A DNA stretch of 64,000 bases from Chiloscyllium plagiosum (taxonomy: Eukaryota), in assembly GCF_004010195.1 (NCBI RefSeq), contig NC_057751.1, positions 6,769,934-6,833,933 on the forward strand. The letters are read 5' to 3'. The notes under the pieces are model-generated. The model was not told where the DNA came from, made no database searches, and saw nothing but the letters and a program-made list of their open reading frames with translations. Positions 1-11,859 of this stretch are shown here, piece by piece (positions within the stretch are counted from its first letter, which is position 1; each line of letters starts with the position of its first letter). The translations under genes were made by a program, and so were the position numbers.

Positions 1-1368
1 TTGTCTGCAGGAGTAGTGCCAGAAGATTGGAGGCTAGCAAATGTGGTTCCCTTGTTCAAAAAGGGGAGTAGGGATAGCCCTAGTAACTATAGGCCGGTGA
101 GTCTCACTTCTGTTGTGGGCAAAGTCTTAGAGAGAATTGTAAGGGATAGGATTTATGCACATCTGGATAGGAATAATGTGATCAAGGATAGTCAGTATGG
201 TTTTGTGAAGGGCAGGTCGTGCCTCACAAACCTTATTGAATTCTTTGAAAAGGTGACGAAGGAGGTTGATGAGGGGAAAGCGGTAGATGTGGTATATATG
301 GCTTTTAGTAAGGCGTTTGATAAGGTTCCCCATGGTAGACTACTGCATAAAATATGGAGGTATGGCATTGAGGGTGAGTTGGAGGTTTGGATTAGGAATT
401 GGCTGGATGGAAGAAGACAGAGGGTAGTAGTTGATGGCAAAGTTTGTTCATGGAGTGCCGTCACTAGCGGTGTTCCGCAAGGATCTGTTTTGGGACCATT
501 GCTGTTTGTCATTTTTATAAATGACCTGGAAGAGGGGTTAGAAGGTTGGGTGAGCAAGTTTGCGGATGATACGAAAGTCGGAGGAGTTGTTGACAGTGAG
601 GAAGGATGTGGCAGGTTACAGCAGGATATAGAGAAGCTGCAGAGCTGGGCAGAAAGGTGGCAAATGGAATTCAATGTAGCTAAGTTTGAGGTGATTCACT
701 TTGGGAAGAATAACAAAAAGATGGGATACTGGGCTCATGGTCGGATACTTGGTAGTGTGGATGAGCAGAGGGATCTTGGTGTCCATGTACACAGATCTCT
801 GAAAGTTGCCACCCAGGTAAATAGTGCGGTGAGGAAGGCATATGGCGTATTGGCTTTTATTGGTAGAGGAATTGAGTTCCGGAGTCCTGAGGTCATGATG
901 CAGTTGTATAAGACTCTGGTACGGCCGCATCTGGAATATTGTGTGCAGTTTTGGTTGCCATACTATAGGAAGGATGTGGAGGCATTGGAGCGGGTGCAGA
1001 GGAGGTTTACCAGGATGTTGCCTGGTATGGAAGGAAAATCGTATGAGGAAAGACTGAGGCACTTGGGGCTGTTTTCACTAGAGAAAAGAAGGTTTAGGGG
1101 TGACTTGATTGAGGTGTACAAGATGATTAGGGGGTTAGATAGGGTCGACAGTATGAACCTTTTCCCGCGTATTGAGTCGGGTATTACAAGGGGGCATAGC
1201 TTTAAATTAAGGGGGGGTAGATATAGGACTGATGTTAGGGGTAGGTTCTTCACTCAGCGAGTCGTTAGTTCATGGAATGCCCTGCCACTAACAGTGGTGG
1301 ACTCTCCCTCTTTATGGGCATTTAAGAGGGCATTGGATAGGTATATGGAGGATAGTGGGTTAGTGTAG
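1..1368 (+). pseudogene. CR1/HER1-type LINE ORF2, C-terminal 455 aa (reverse transcriptase), 5' end outside window
   Basis: Uninterrupted frame with CR1 RT motifs NYRPVSLTS, QxGF, GVPQGSVLGP, FADD (559-570) and HLEYCVQFW. The motif-A Asp reads Ala (YMAFSKAFD, codon 301-303). Confidence 0.95.
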
Positions 1369-1450
1369 TTTAGGTGGGCTTGGATCGGCGCAACATCGAG
1401 GGCCCAAGGGCCTGTACTGCGCTGTATTCTTCTATGTTCTATGTTCTATG
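1..1450 (+). mobile_element. CR1/HER1 LINE 3' portion with 3' UTR and (TTCTATG)n tail
   Basis: ORF2 is followed by a short UTR (GGCGCAACATCGAGGGCCCAAGGGCCTGTACTGCGCTGTA) and tandem TTCTATG repeats at ~1430-1450, typical of CR1 3' ends. Confidence 0.92.
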
Positions 1451-1451
1451 A

Positions 1452-1533
1452 TGGGGTTCGAGGGCGAAGGTGTGGGATGTGGATGAGATGCATAGGAGGG
1501 CATCTTCAACCACGTGGGACGGGAAATTGCAGG
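1452..1533 (-). mobile_element. Penelope-like element fragment (inverted segment)
   Basis: Minus-strand translation NFPSHVVEDALLCISSTSHT matches NFPSHVVKDALQCISSTSRT in the Penelope copy at 38423-39337. Confidence 0.75.
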
Positions 1534-2410
1534 TTTTTTTGTAAATATATTTATGAGCAATTTTTTTTAACTTTACAAACAAAATTATTGAAAAATACAA
1601 AAACAAATTAGTATAATAAAAACACACAAATTACAATACACTGTCCACTAACTACTAACCTACCCTATAATACAAAACAAACCCTAACACTGTGCAAAGC
1701 AACACCAATAAATAAGTAACTAATAGATCAAAAGAAAGAAAAGCCAAAAAAGAAACAAAAAAAGAAATAAAACACAGTATGCAGAACAGCTATGCTCAGC
1801 ACAAAGCTCACAAACAGAGGAACGGGAGCATTGCATATATACCCTTATTAACTCTAGAGACCCCCTCCAGGGCCCAGAGCTTGACAAACCTAACCATCCC
1901 GGTTAAACAAATGCCCTAGTTAAGGTAACTGACAAATCTATATCCAAATAACTCAAGTAGGGCTGCCATGTCTTATAAAAATAGTCTGTTGTGTGGTGCA
2001 CCATGTTTGTAAAAAGGTCCAAGGGAATGTGCTCCATAATTAATTTCTGCCATCCCAGCAAGCCTGATGGGTTCTCAGACACCCAGTTCATCTGTGCACA
2101 GGATGCAAGAATATCAAATAATTTCTTCACATGCCCGTCTAAAGATGGTAAATTTGGTAGACCTAAGAGGAGAGATATCGGGTCTACTTTGACTTCAGTC
2201 CTCAATACCCTATCTCTCCCGCCATGACGCTCCAATAAACCCTGAGCCTGTGGCATGTCCAGAAACAATGGGTAAGAGTACCTACACTTATTTATCATTT
2301 GGGGCACGCTGAAGATGCCCCTTTTTTAAACTTCACTGTCGCCAAACAGTCTAGTGCCTGATGAACCCTGTGCAGAACTTGTAACTGCACAGCGCATGTC
2401 CTATGAGATC
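1534..2410 (-). mobile_element. 5'-truncated L1/Tx1-clade LINE (ORF2 C-terminus, 3' UTR, A-rich tail)
   Basis: Minus strand gives a broken CCHC knuckle (ACPK**ISVGTLTHCFWTC..YW) followed by ...FYKTWQPYLSYL. A T-rich UTR and poly(A) (T-run on the + strand at 1534-1540) follow. Confidence 0.8.
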
Positions 2411-2429
2411 TCTTCACAACCGGCAGTGA

Positions 2430-2880
2430 GTTTCCTGCACATCCATCCACCCACCTCATCTACTATGTCAGTTGCTCCTAATGTGGTCTTCTCTCCATTG
2501 GGGAGTTAGGACACCAACTCTCAACGCTTCAGAGAACATCTCTGGGACACACGCACCAAATGATCCCACCGCCCTGTGGCTGACCACTTCAATTCCCTCT
2601 CCCACTCCCCCAAAGACATGCAAGTCCAGAGCCTCCTCCACCGCCAAATCCAAGCCATCAATGCCTGGAAGAAGAACGCCTCATCTTTCTACCTTGGGAC
2701 ACTTCAATCACACGGCATCAACATTGACTTCACCAGTTTCCACATCTCCTCCCTCCTCCCCCCCATGACTCCCCTCCACATTCCTTATGAAGGGCATATG
2801 CCCAAAACATCAATTCTCCTGCTTCTTGGATGCTGCCTGAACTGCTGTGCTTTTCCAACACCACACTTTTCAACACAGAC
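2430..2880 (+). mobile_element. Penelope-like element 3' end: degraded GIY-YIG endonuclease plus pLTR with degenerate hammerhead
   Basis: Remnants of CxxCGLxYIGE...RFREH...VADHFNS...LGTLQxHGINIDF. The pLTR reads CTTATGA-AGGGCATATGCCC-AAAAC-ATC at 2784-2811. Confidence 0.85.
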
Positions 2881-2949
2881 CTGGTGAACACATTCGGTCA
2901 GGGAAAAGGCCAGGCATTTGCTCCTACAGCTGTTAATGCTGTCGTAAGG

Positions 2950-3116
2950 ACCATAGAGTCGTACAGCACAGAAATAGATCCTTCCATCCAACTCATCCAT
3001 GCTGCTAGGTATCCCAAATTCAACTAGTCCAATTTGCCTGCATTGGCCCATATCCCTCCAAACCTTTCCTGTTCGTGTACTTGCCCGTATGCCTTTTAGA
3101 TGTCCTAATTGTACCC
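2950..3116 (-). mobile_element. CR1 LINE 3'-end fragment
   Basis: Reverse complement matches the CR1 3' ends at 12620, 13500-13660 and 15705. Confidence 0.7.
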
Positions 3117-5419
3117 GACCAATGCGGAACTAAAAATCACTTTAGCAGCTGGATCACCTGCTCCTAAAAAGAAATAAAAAGCTTTTCCCTCTACCTCATA
3201 AAATTGGGGAATTAACTGAGCAAATAGAGTTGCCTCCATCCTCACATCTGAGCCAGTGTGTCTTCATGAAATACAGCAGAGTCAGATTTCAAACTTACCA
3301 GAAATTCCCTCTTGGCTTTTTCCCCTGTTTCATTCCTTGCCTGTCTCCTGAAGTTATAATTCTGCTGCTCCAAATTTCATCTCCCTGCCATTGTGCTATT
3401 TTATTATCCCCAGTTTCCATCTGTAAACCATGGCCCCTGTTTTTTAAAGTTTGCATTCCCTGGCTTTCCGGTTAAATTCTAATCCCAAAAGGACTTGCTA
3501 AGTCTTTTTACTGTTTGAGAGAGAGAATATTTAAATCCTCAAAAGTATCTCCACCTATTTCTGCTAGCAATCTGTTGGCTTTGAATGCAGACATTACTCC
3601 ACTGTAACAATGCAAATTTAAGAAAGCCTTTTGCAGTTTGTTTCCTTATAATTTAGTTTAAAAGTGACAATGCACTTACTCTCGTTGTTACATATCATCT
3701 GTGCTTTCAAATCAAGGCAAGACCCCCCAGTTTGTGATGGCCAGTCACCAGTTTGTCCTGGAGGGTTAAACAGACATGCCTAACATGTGCCAAATTCCAT
3801 GGGATTCACTGAGGACTTCACCAGACAGGCAAGCAGTCACTGAATTCAAACGCACAAATTTTCTGGTGCTTTTAAAAACAACATGTTTTGGAATTTAAAA
3901 TAAGAGGTGTCAAAATATTTTGGGATTCTGATCTATGATCATACAAGAACTCACATGCTGAAATTGTGGCATGTGTTCTTTGATGTGCAGTTAACTGTGT
4001 AAGTGGTGTCACAATTTGCTCAAGGGTATAACTCCCTTTTCTGAGCATAGAGCATTCTGTGCTTTCAAACCTCAGCCTAAGGGGGAGGGGGATACCAGTC
4101 ATGCAGGGAAGCAGTGTGAGGAGGAGAATAAATTGTGATAATTATTAGTTAATGCTGAGGCACAAACCCATTGTTGCAGACACAGATATGCTTGTGTAAA
4201 AATTGCTCCAAGTCAGAAATCTCTGAACCATCATCAGAAAATGCTGAGCTTGCTGAGAAATGTGAATTGATGTAGAAATAGTGCAGTCAATGAATGCTCT
4301 CTGAACTCGTGTATGCTAGGTTAAGTCCCAGATAATTTGAAAAATCTGCTTCCTGTCTTCATTCATATTCCAAGTTAAGTGTTTGATTACCTGAACATGA
4401 AGTATGCTATAATTTGGTAAAATTTACCTTTCATTTACTGAGTTACTCTCACTTGATGGACTGGCTTAATGGTCTCAAACTGCACATTTATCCTGCTGCT
4501 CTTGAAGCCATCAGCAAATTCATAATCGTTGAGAGAAAGTAACAAAAAGGACATTTATCCTGAAGCATGCAGTTGGAAAACTGCCCTCCAAACACTACTT
4601 TCAAATCGGACTTAGCAGGAGAATTTAATACATTGTTCCACAAGTGAACCAAGAGCAATTGGCAAGGGATATTTCCTCTAATTTTGCCCTTCTTAACTTG
4701 GATCGCTGATGTTTTCAGGAGGCTTCTCAACTGTACAAGCTTCACAGCCTCACCTGATCCACCAAAGGGCAATGTGTAACAAGTACGACAAGAGCTCACT
4801 CCCTCACTTTTATCCTCCTTTCTCCATAGACCAAGAGTACTGAGGCCAGGGATATCAGTCCCTCTGCTTCTCAAAATGGAATGGAAATGGAACATTAGGC
4901 ACCGTATGGGTTACATATTCATAGCTGATTGCAGCCTGGTGATCGCTTTTTCTCATGTTCAGTTGTTCCTTTTATAAACTTTCATATGCAGCTCTTCATT
5001 GTCGTATTGACATTGTTCTGATCTTCATGCAGCCTCGTACTTTTCAGACTGGAGGCTTTTCTTCATGTGGATTCACTTTCACTGGGGGAAGGTCGCAGTT
5101 CAGATAACAAACATTCGTTTCCAGGAGGAGGTTAGCAGCTTTAGAAGGGAAACGGGGTTCTCAACATGTTTTAATTCCTGAACCAGTGCAGTATCTCATC
5201 CTCACTACCCTCACCTCTTCCTATTTCTGTAATCCACAGTGTAATGCCCTGGGATATCTCTGCTCCTTTAATGTGGAACCACCCCAGATTTAATTGCTGC
5301 ATCCTTGGTGATCATTCCTGTCAGTGTCAAGGTCTTTGTTTTAAAATTCTCCACCTAAACTTCTCCACTTTGCTACCTCTTGTTCCGATTCGAAGATATT
5401 CATGACAATCTATTGCTTT

Positions 5420-5586
5420 GTGTGGTGCTGGAAAGGTATAGCGGGTCAGGCAGCATCAAAGGAGCAGGAGAGTCGACGTTTCTGGTATAACCCTTCATCA
5501 GGAATGAAGATGCTGCCTGACCAGCTGTGCTTTTCCAGTGTCACACTTTGAGTCTGCTCGCCAGCATCTGCAGTCCTTGCATCCTC
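5420..5586. mobile_element. 167-bp fold-back Penelope-pLTR mini-element with 12-bp TSD
   Basis: Perfect direct repeat ATCTATTGCTTT at 5408-5419 and 5587-5598. Imperfect inverted arms at ~5420-5457 and 5509-5546. Confidence 0.85.
5468..5505 (-). ncRNA. Minimal type I hammerhead ribozyme motif
   Basis: Minus strand reads ATTC-CTGATGA-A-GGGTTATACCA-GAAAC-GTC-GACTC. Core boxes and GUC site are intact; stem II has one mismatch. Confidence 0.75.
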
Positions 5587-7554
5587 ATCTATTGCTTTAA
5601 CCAAGCTTCTGACCGTCTACTTTAATACCACTTAACATCAAGTTTTGTGTGACACTGCCATCATCCAGTGAGGCATTTCATCACATTAAAAGATGCTACA
5701 TTGATATATACATTTCTGTTGCCCTTTAGCACACTCAGAGTAATTAAGTAAGAATTGCTCCCCAATGTACAGTGCTCATGCCATTCTTAATTAAGATATT
5801 TTCAAATGTTCTCCACTGTTGAAATGGAGGACTGTAAATAATACTTAAAATTGACAGTTGCAGTTGGCTATGCTACTGAAAAATAAAAGTTGTCTCTCAG
5901 AAAACTACAGTCACCCTGTATGCACGCAGAACATACAAATATACCCCGAAGTTGGAAACCACTGTGCAGGATTTCGTTTTGGGGAGAAGTTTGTACTATT
6001 CTGCTATTGTGGGGTTCAAGAGAGTTGTGGCTAAATATTGCAGGTGATTTTTATTATTGTGCAACTTTACCTTGCATTTGAGTACAGTAAATATGATCTA
6101 TTCACAGGCCAAGGCAGTACCTTCATCACAAAACTGCTTTTATGAAACTTCTTGTAGTCAGGTGATTCTACACAACGTCCCGCTGATGATATAAAATCTT
6201 ACTTGCATGGTCACATCAACACTTTACACTAAGTCTCGCTCTCCTCCACCAAACCTCTTACTCCACCAGTCACATCTTGTTATTTACATTTCCTTATCTG
6301 ACACAAATCACTTTGCTTGCAGTAGCTTTATTTATCAGTAGCTGCTGATGGAAGTGAATGGGATCTCAGAAGGTGCAACCATCCCCAGGCTGGGTAAAAC
6401 CAATAATTTTTTTTCTGTGGGAGAACATAATACTAGCAGAGGAAATAGCTCTGGTTATTTGATTTTAGAACATTAAGTACATTTACTTGCTGATCGAAAT
6501 AAGATGTAATATATGTACTTCACAACGATAAAATGAGATTGAAAACTATTTTGTGATTTATTTTTTGAGAAAATGGCAGAAGGAACATTTTCCTTTCAAA
6601 TGGCTTTGAATAGGAAGGAGAAAGTGTGTATCTGGTTGAATGATTGGACATGTGGCCTGAATGGACCAAATTATCTTTTCTCACTTTCAGACTTAGAGCT
6701 GTGAAATCAGTAACAAACACGACAATGATGTTTATACTGAACCTAATTTGTGGATTGCAGAGTGAACTTCCTCAGTGTTCTATTCAACACAAAACGTGCA
6801 TTTCGTGCTGATTCAGAAAAACTCATGCCAATTAATAGGAATCTGGTATGTGGAAACATGGTTTTGCAGTAAAGGCAACATTTTCTTGAGCAAGCAAATT
6901 AAAAAATTGCAGATGCTGAAAACCTAAAACAAGTCTGGATTGCTGTATGCACTGGAAGTACTCAGCGTGTTAATAACATCTATAAAGAAAAGCACACAAT
7001 TCATGTTTCCATGTAATGATCTGCTTTTTTTTTTGAGAGTCTGCTGGCTGCCACGTATTTGCATACTATTCAACGAGTTTACAGAACCCGTTTAATCTGA
7101 GTAGACTCCAACTTCACGGGTTGGTGGTTGCAGGCTCAGATTCCGCTCACCTTTTCAAAGTTATTGTTGTGGAATCAAAGGTCTACAGCATGGAAATGGG
7201 CTCTTCAGCCCAGTTTGATCTTGCTGTTCAGTTTTCATAATGAAACTACTCCCAATTGCCTGCACTTGATCCATACCCCTCCATACCTGTCCCATCCATT
7301 AGCCTGTCTCAATGTTTCTTTCATGACAAAATTGCACTTGCTTCCATTGAGTCTGCTTTTGTCACCCCTTGTCATTTTTGAGTCTGATACAAGATAATAC
7401 AATAGGATGATCTTGGTAGTGAACCAACAGCGTTGAGCAGCAGCTGAAAACCAAAGGTAACAACATCCAAGTACATGGAAAGCCTGACAATCTTGAGGCA
7501 GGGGTTCGTCACTGAACAGAACAGGAAATTAAGGTAAAATGAGCAAAATGAAGA

Positions 7555-7897
7555 AAGAATCAGAATTCCTACAGAGAGTGGAAACAGGCCCTTTGACCTA
7601 AAGTACACACCAAGCCTTCGAAGCATGACCCATCCAGACCCATTCCTCTACCCTATTACTCCACATTTATCCCTGGCTAATGCACCTAATCCACGCATCC
7701 TGAACATTATGGGCAGTTTAGCAATACCAGTTCACCTAACCTGCACATGTTTGGATTGTGGGAGGAAACTGGAGCAGCCGGAAGAAACCCATGCAGACAC
7801 GGTGGGGGGAGGGAAGGGATGTGCAAATTCCACACAGAAACTCGGGTCGCTGGAGCTGTGAAGCAGCAGTGCTAACCACTGAGCCATTGTACTGCCC
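7555..7897 (-). mobile_element. HE1-type tRNA-derived SINE (V-SINE core, CR1-derived tail)
   Basis: Minus strand has A-box TGGCTCAGTGG, TTAGCACTGCTG, the V-domain CTGCATGGGTTTCTTCCGG...TTTCCTCCCACAATCCAAACATGTGCAGGTTAGG and a CR1-like tail. Confidence 0.85.
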
Positions 7898-8244
7898 TGA
7901 GATGAGCCACCGTGCTTCATCTCAGTACTTACATGAAATTAAGCCTTCCTTTCACAAGTGGCTGAGGAAAGTTTTTTGTACCTGTCTCATGCGAGTTCTT
8001 TCTGACGAGGACACCACAGGAACATCTGAGACACACAAAGTACAACTGAGTCACAGATCATCAAGGCACAGTGGGAAATCTGCAAAAGAGGGGTTTAGAG
8101 TACAGAGATCACCATCAGGCAGAGAAGACTCAACAAGGGATTGCTGATCCAAGATGGAAATTAATCAAACGAAAGCTGATGTAGGTCAAGAACAAAAAAG
8201 TATAGAACAAAAAGGAGTAGTTAATGAGTTGCAGGACACAAGAA

Positions 8245-8860
8245 AGCCCAGGGGAACAGAGGGATCTTGGGATGCTTGTCCACAGATGTGTGAAGATGGC
8301 AGGACAGATTAATAGGGTAGTTAAGGTGACGAACAGGATGCTTGCCTTTATCAGTTAAGGCATAGATTTTAACCTTGAGGCTATTTTGGAGCTGTACAGG
8401 ACTTTGCTTAGGCCCCCAGCTGGGTTGCTGGTCGCCGGTCTATAGGAAAGACGTAGGGGTGGGCACAGAAGAGATTCACCAGGGTGTTCCTTGGGATGGA
8501 GCATTTCAGCAATGAAGAGATGCTGGATAAACTCATTGTTTCCTTTGGAGAAGAGAAAGTTGGGGGGGGGCGGGAGCTGATAAGTATGTTAGATTGAGGG
8601 GCAGTAACAGGGTGGATACAAAACAGCTGTTTCCCTTAGTCGAGGCGTCAACAAGTGGGCATAAATTTCGAACTGAGGGGCCAAAGATTCAGACGGACTT
8701 GAGAAAAACTTTTCCACCTGGTGGATGTTGAACACCTGGAAGTGTATTTTACGCCGGAAATTTCAACCTTCAAAAATTACTTGAATGAGCATTTTAACTA
8801 TCATAACCTTGAAGTCTGTAGGCCGAGAGCAGGAAAGTAGACCAAGTATATTTTTGACAG
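8245..8860 (+). mobile_element. Degraded CR1 LINE 3' portion; its UTR resumes at ~9720-9765
   Basis: Decayed RDLG..., YRTL..P.L and RFTR motifs, with UTR ATGGGCTGAAGGGC after the nested copy. Confidence 0.7.
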
Positions 8861-8861
8861 G

Positions 8862-9722
8862 CTGTAGAGGGATAGGTGGCACTGAGGAAGCTGAGTGACG
8901 GAGGTGGGGTGGAGACGGGGTGCTGCAGAAGGATTTGGACAGGTTAGGAGTGTGGGCAAAGAAGTGGAAGATGAAGTACAACGTGGGAAAGCGCGAGGTC
9001 ATGCACTTTGGTTGGAAGAATAGAGGCATGGACTATTTTCTAAATGTGGAGAAAATTCAGAAGTCTGAAGTGCGAAGAGACTTGGGAGTTCTAGTCCAGG
9101 ATTCTCTCAAGGTAAACTTGCAGGTTGAGTCAGTCATTAGGAAGGTAAATGTAATGGCGTTTATTTTGAGAGTACTTTGAATATAAAAGCAGGGATTTAC
9201 TTCTGTGGCTCTGGTCAGGTCACATTTGGATAAGTGTGTGCAGTTTTGGGCCCTATATTTCAGGAAGGATGTACTGACCCTGGAGGGTGTTCAGAGGAGA
9301 TTCATGAGAATGGTCCCAGGAATGAAAAGCTTAACATGTAAGCAATGTTTGAGAACTCTGGGTTTATACTCAGTGGAGTTTAGAAGGATGAGGAGGATCT
9401 AATTGAAACATACAGAATACTGAACAGTGTGGATGTTGGGAAGATGTTTCCATTGGTAGGAGAGGCTATGACCCAAGAGCATAGAACAGATAAAGGAGAA
9501 ACTTCTTCAGCCAGAGAGTGGTGCATCTGTGGAATTCATTGCTACAGAAGGCTGGGGAGGCCAGGTCATTGAGTATATTTAAGACTAAGATAAGTGGGTT
9601 CTTGAGTATCAAGGGTTATGGGGAGAATGAGGTTCAGAAACTTAATCAACCATGATTGAATGGCAGAGCAGACTTGATGGGCTAACTGGCCTAATTTCTG
9701 CTTCCATGTCTCATGGTCTTAT
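8862..9722 (+). mobile_element. CR1 LINE 3' fragment nested in an older CR1
   Basis: LQKDLDRLGVWAKKWKMKYNVGK, RDLGVLV and CVQFWALY..RRFMRM with frameshifts, plus a 3' UTR. Confidence 0.88.
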
Positions 9723-11859
9723 GGGCTGAAGGGCTTCTTTATAACTGACTGGTTACAGTTCTATGAAAAGACAATAAAAAGCACAGAAGACTGGGGAAAG
9801 CCAATGAAGAAGTGCAGGAGAGACAAAGAATACTGAGACAGGTCAAAGGACACATCTGCACAAAAATCAGCAATTCAGAATGATTTCAAGAAACTATACA
9901 GAATTGCATAGGAACTGACTGGTGCACATTTCTGAACAAGTGAAATAACCCAGGACAAAGACCGCACCACGCTGCTACTGGGTGACCAGAGGTAGGTGGA
10001 ATAGTTTTAAGAGATCCTCAAATCAGCCCAGTTGCTGCTTCACATTCGGGGGTTAGTGTTAACACTGCACCTTAGAAGACCCAAAATTAACAGCCTTCAG
10101 AACAAAATGCCCTGGGATCAATGCCGTACAATCGTGAGACATGGCGAAAATACCATCAAAGCACAGCTCACACACGCACTTACCAAGATCTGGATTGTGG
10201 AAGCCCATCCTGAATAAGTGAAAGCAATTAGTAATCAAGTTGCCAGAGAAAGGAAAGCCTGGTGACTGCAACAACTCCAAGGGTGAAACTGCTGTTTCTC
10301 TCCAGCAAGGACTTCAGCACAGTGCTTCTCAATGGACTGAAAGAACAAATATAAAATATCCTCTCTGAAGAATGGGAGAGTTTCCAGGTTGGTATATCTT
10401 TGGATTCAAAAACAGCAGAGCAGAGTCTACGATATCAGAAGTCATTTATTAGGCACTTTATTGATTTCAAGAAGACTTATGATCTTATCAGTTAGCAGCA
10501 TGTTCCCTGGAGAGTAGTGGAGGCAGGCTAAGTTAAATATATTCTCAATTAGTGAAGGAGTCAAAGCTTATAGGGAGGATAGACAGGAAATTAACATGTG
10601 GCTACTGTTGGAACAGCTATGATCAAATGGCAGAGCCATCTCAAATGGATTGAGTGGCAGACTTTCTCTCTTTGTTCACCTGTTTCAAAACACAAGGAAA
10701 TTAGGGAAACTTTATGACAGAACAAAATAAAGCTTCCCTGAAAGCATTGACTTATTTGATATTAATGTGATAGCTGATGAGCAAACTCGTCCTAGGAAGA
10801 ATTTCCCTGTTTCTCACGGCGTTTGTTTTGCAAAGAAAAGGCTTGATTTCTTTTCTATGATGCTGTATCCGATTAGAAGGCTTAATGGTACCTACATTTT
10901 GTTTAATGCAGCAGTTCACGCCTCATTAGCATAATCTTATTTGCATCTGCTGACACTGAAATGAGTGATAACTCCGATCTATTGGTAGTATACATCCGAT
11001 AAACAAGATGAGCTATTGATGATTCTTTTGTCATTACCGTGTGAATTACTTGTGTTCCTCATGGAGTATTGCTGCATACACAGATCAGCTATCACTGTCG
11101 TTTATTAGCTGAGAGTCATATTAATCATTGCTGCTGTACTGTAGACAGCCTGATATGTTAAACTTGCCCAGTGCTATTTGTCACTGGCTATTTTAAAGTC
11201 TGATTTTCTGAATCTTACTCGACATGTGTCTTGATTTGTGTATCCAATTTTAGTTCTCAAGGTTTCCCTATGTTTGTGTGTAATCTATCTCTTGCTCTAA
11301 ATGATTATACATCTTTCCTCCTGGGGATTCCTGCAAGTCCATTTCCTTTAAACCTTTCAAGACATCAGTGCCTTGTTTTTTCTCAGAATCTATTGAAGCA
11401 CAAATCAGTTAAAGATCAATTAAGTGGTTCTTGTGTGCGCTGCAGATATACTGAAGTCGTGTTCAGGAAAGCTCTCCAGAGAGCAGGATTTGCTATTGCT
11501 TTTGTCAACACTGGGGAACTGCACAGAATGAGAATCTGAATGTGAATATGTAACTCGATGAAGTGTGGGTTGAATATGTACCAGCATACCACGTGAACAC
11601 AGTTCAAGGTCTTCTCTCAGCTGTGAATTTGTATCTGGATGTGTTGATTTTTCTTGGTGGTCTTCGTTGTGTTAAATGATTCATCAGCTTATTTACAGTG
11701 GGTGAAAATGCTGATTGAATCAAATATTTTACTCACATACTCCACGAGAACTCGAGTTTGCACCTGCTGTTTACATTATCTAGGTCACAGGAATACACTA
11801 CAGCCAGTCATGAAGACAGTTTCGGAGCAATCAAGTGTCAGCCATGGTTGAATTTAGCA

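Larger units (their letters stand above)
5170..5720 (+). mobile_element. Degraded L2-type LINE 3' end, interrupted by the 5420-5586 element
   Basis: Decayed pyrimidine-rich L2-like tail ending AAAAGATGCTACAT...CATTTCTGTTG. Recognised by pattern only. Confidence 0.45.
7900..10490 (+). mobile_element. Old RTE-clade LINE remnant interrupted by two CR1 copies
   Basis: RT pieces LTKIWIVE..VIKLPEKGKPGDCNNSKG (~10180-10285) and FIDFKKTYD (~10457-10483). Assigning 7900-8230 to the same element is inference. Confidence 0.55.

Noticed and set aside
192..1253. Long minus-strand ORFs (160, 148 and 96 aa)
   Set aside because: Antisense shadows of the CR1 RT frame.
4488..4895. 135-aa minus-strand ORF
   Set aside because: No recognisable motif or splice context.
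7860..7897. tRNA gene
   Set aside because: tRNA-derived SINE head with the B-box region deleted; no cloverleaf.
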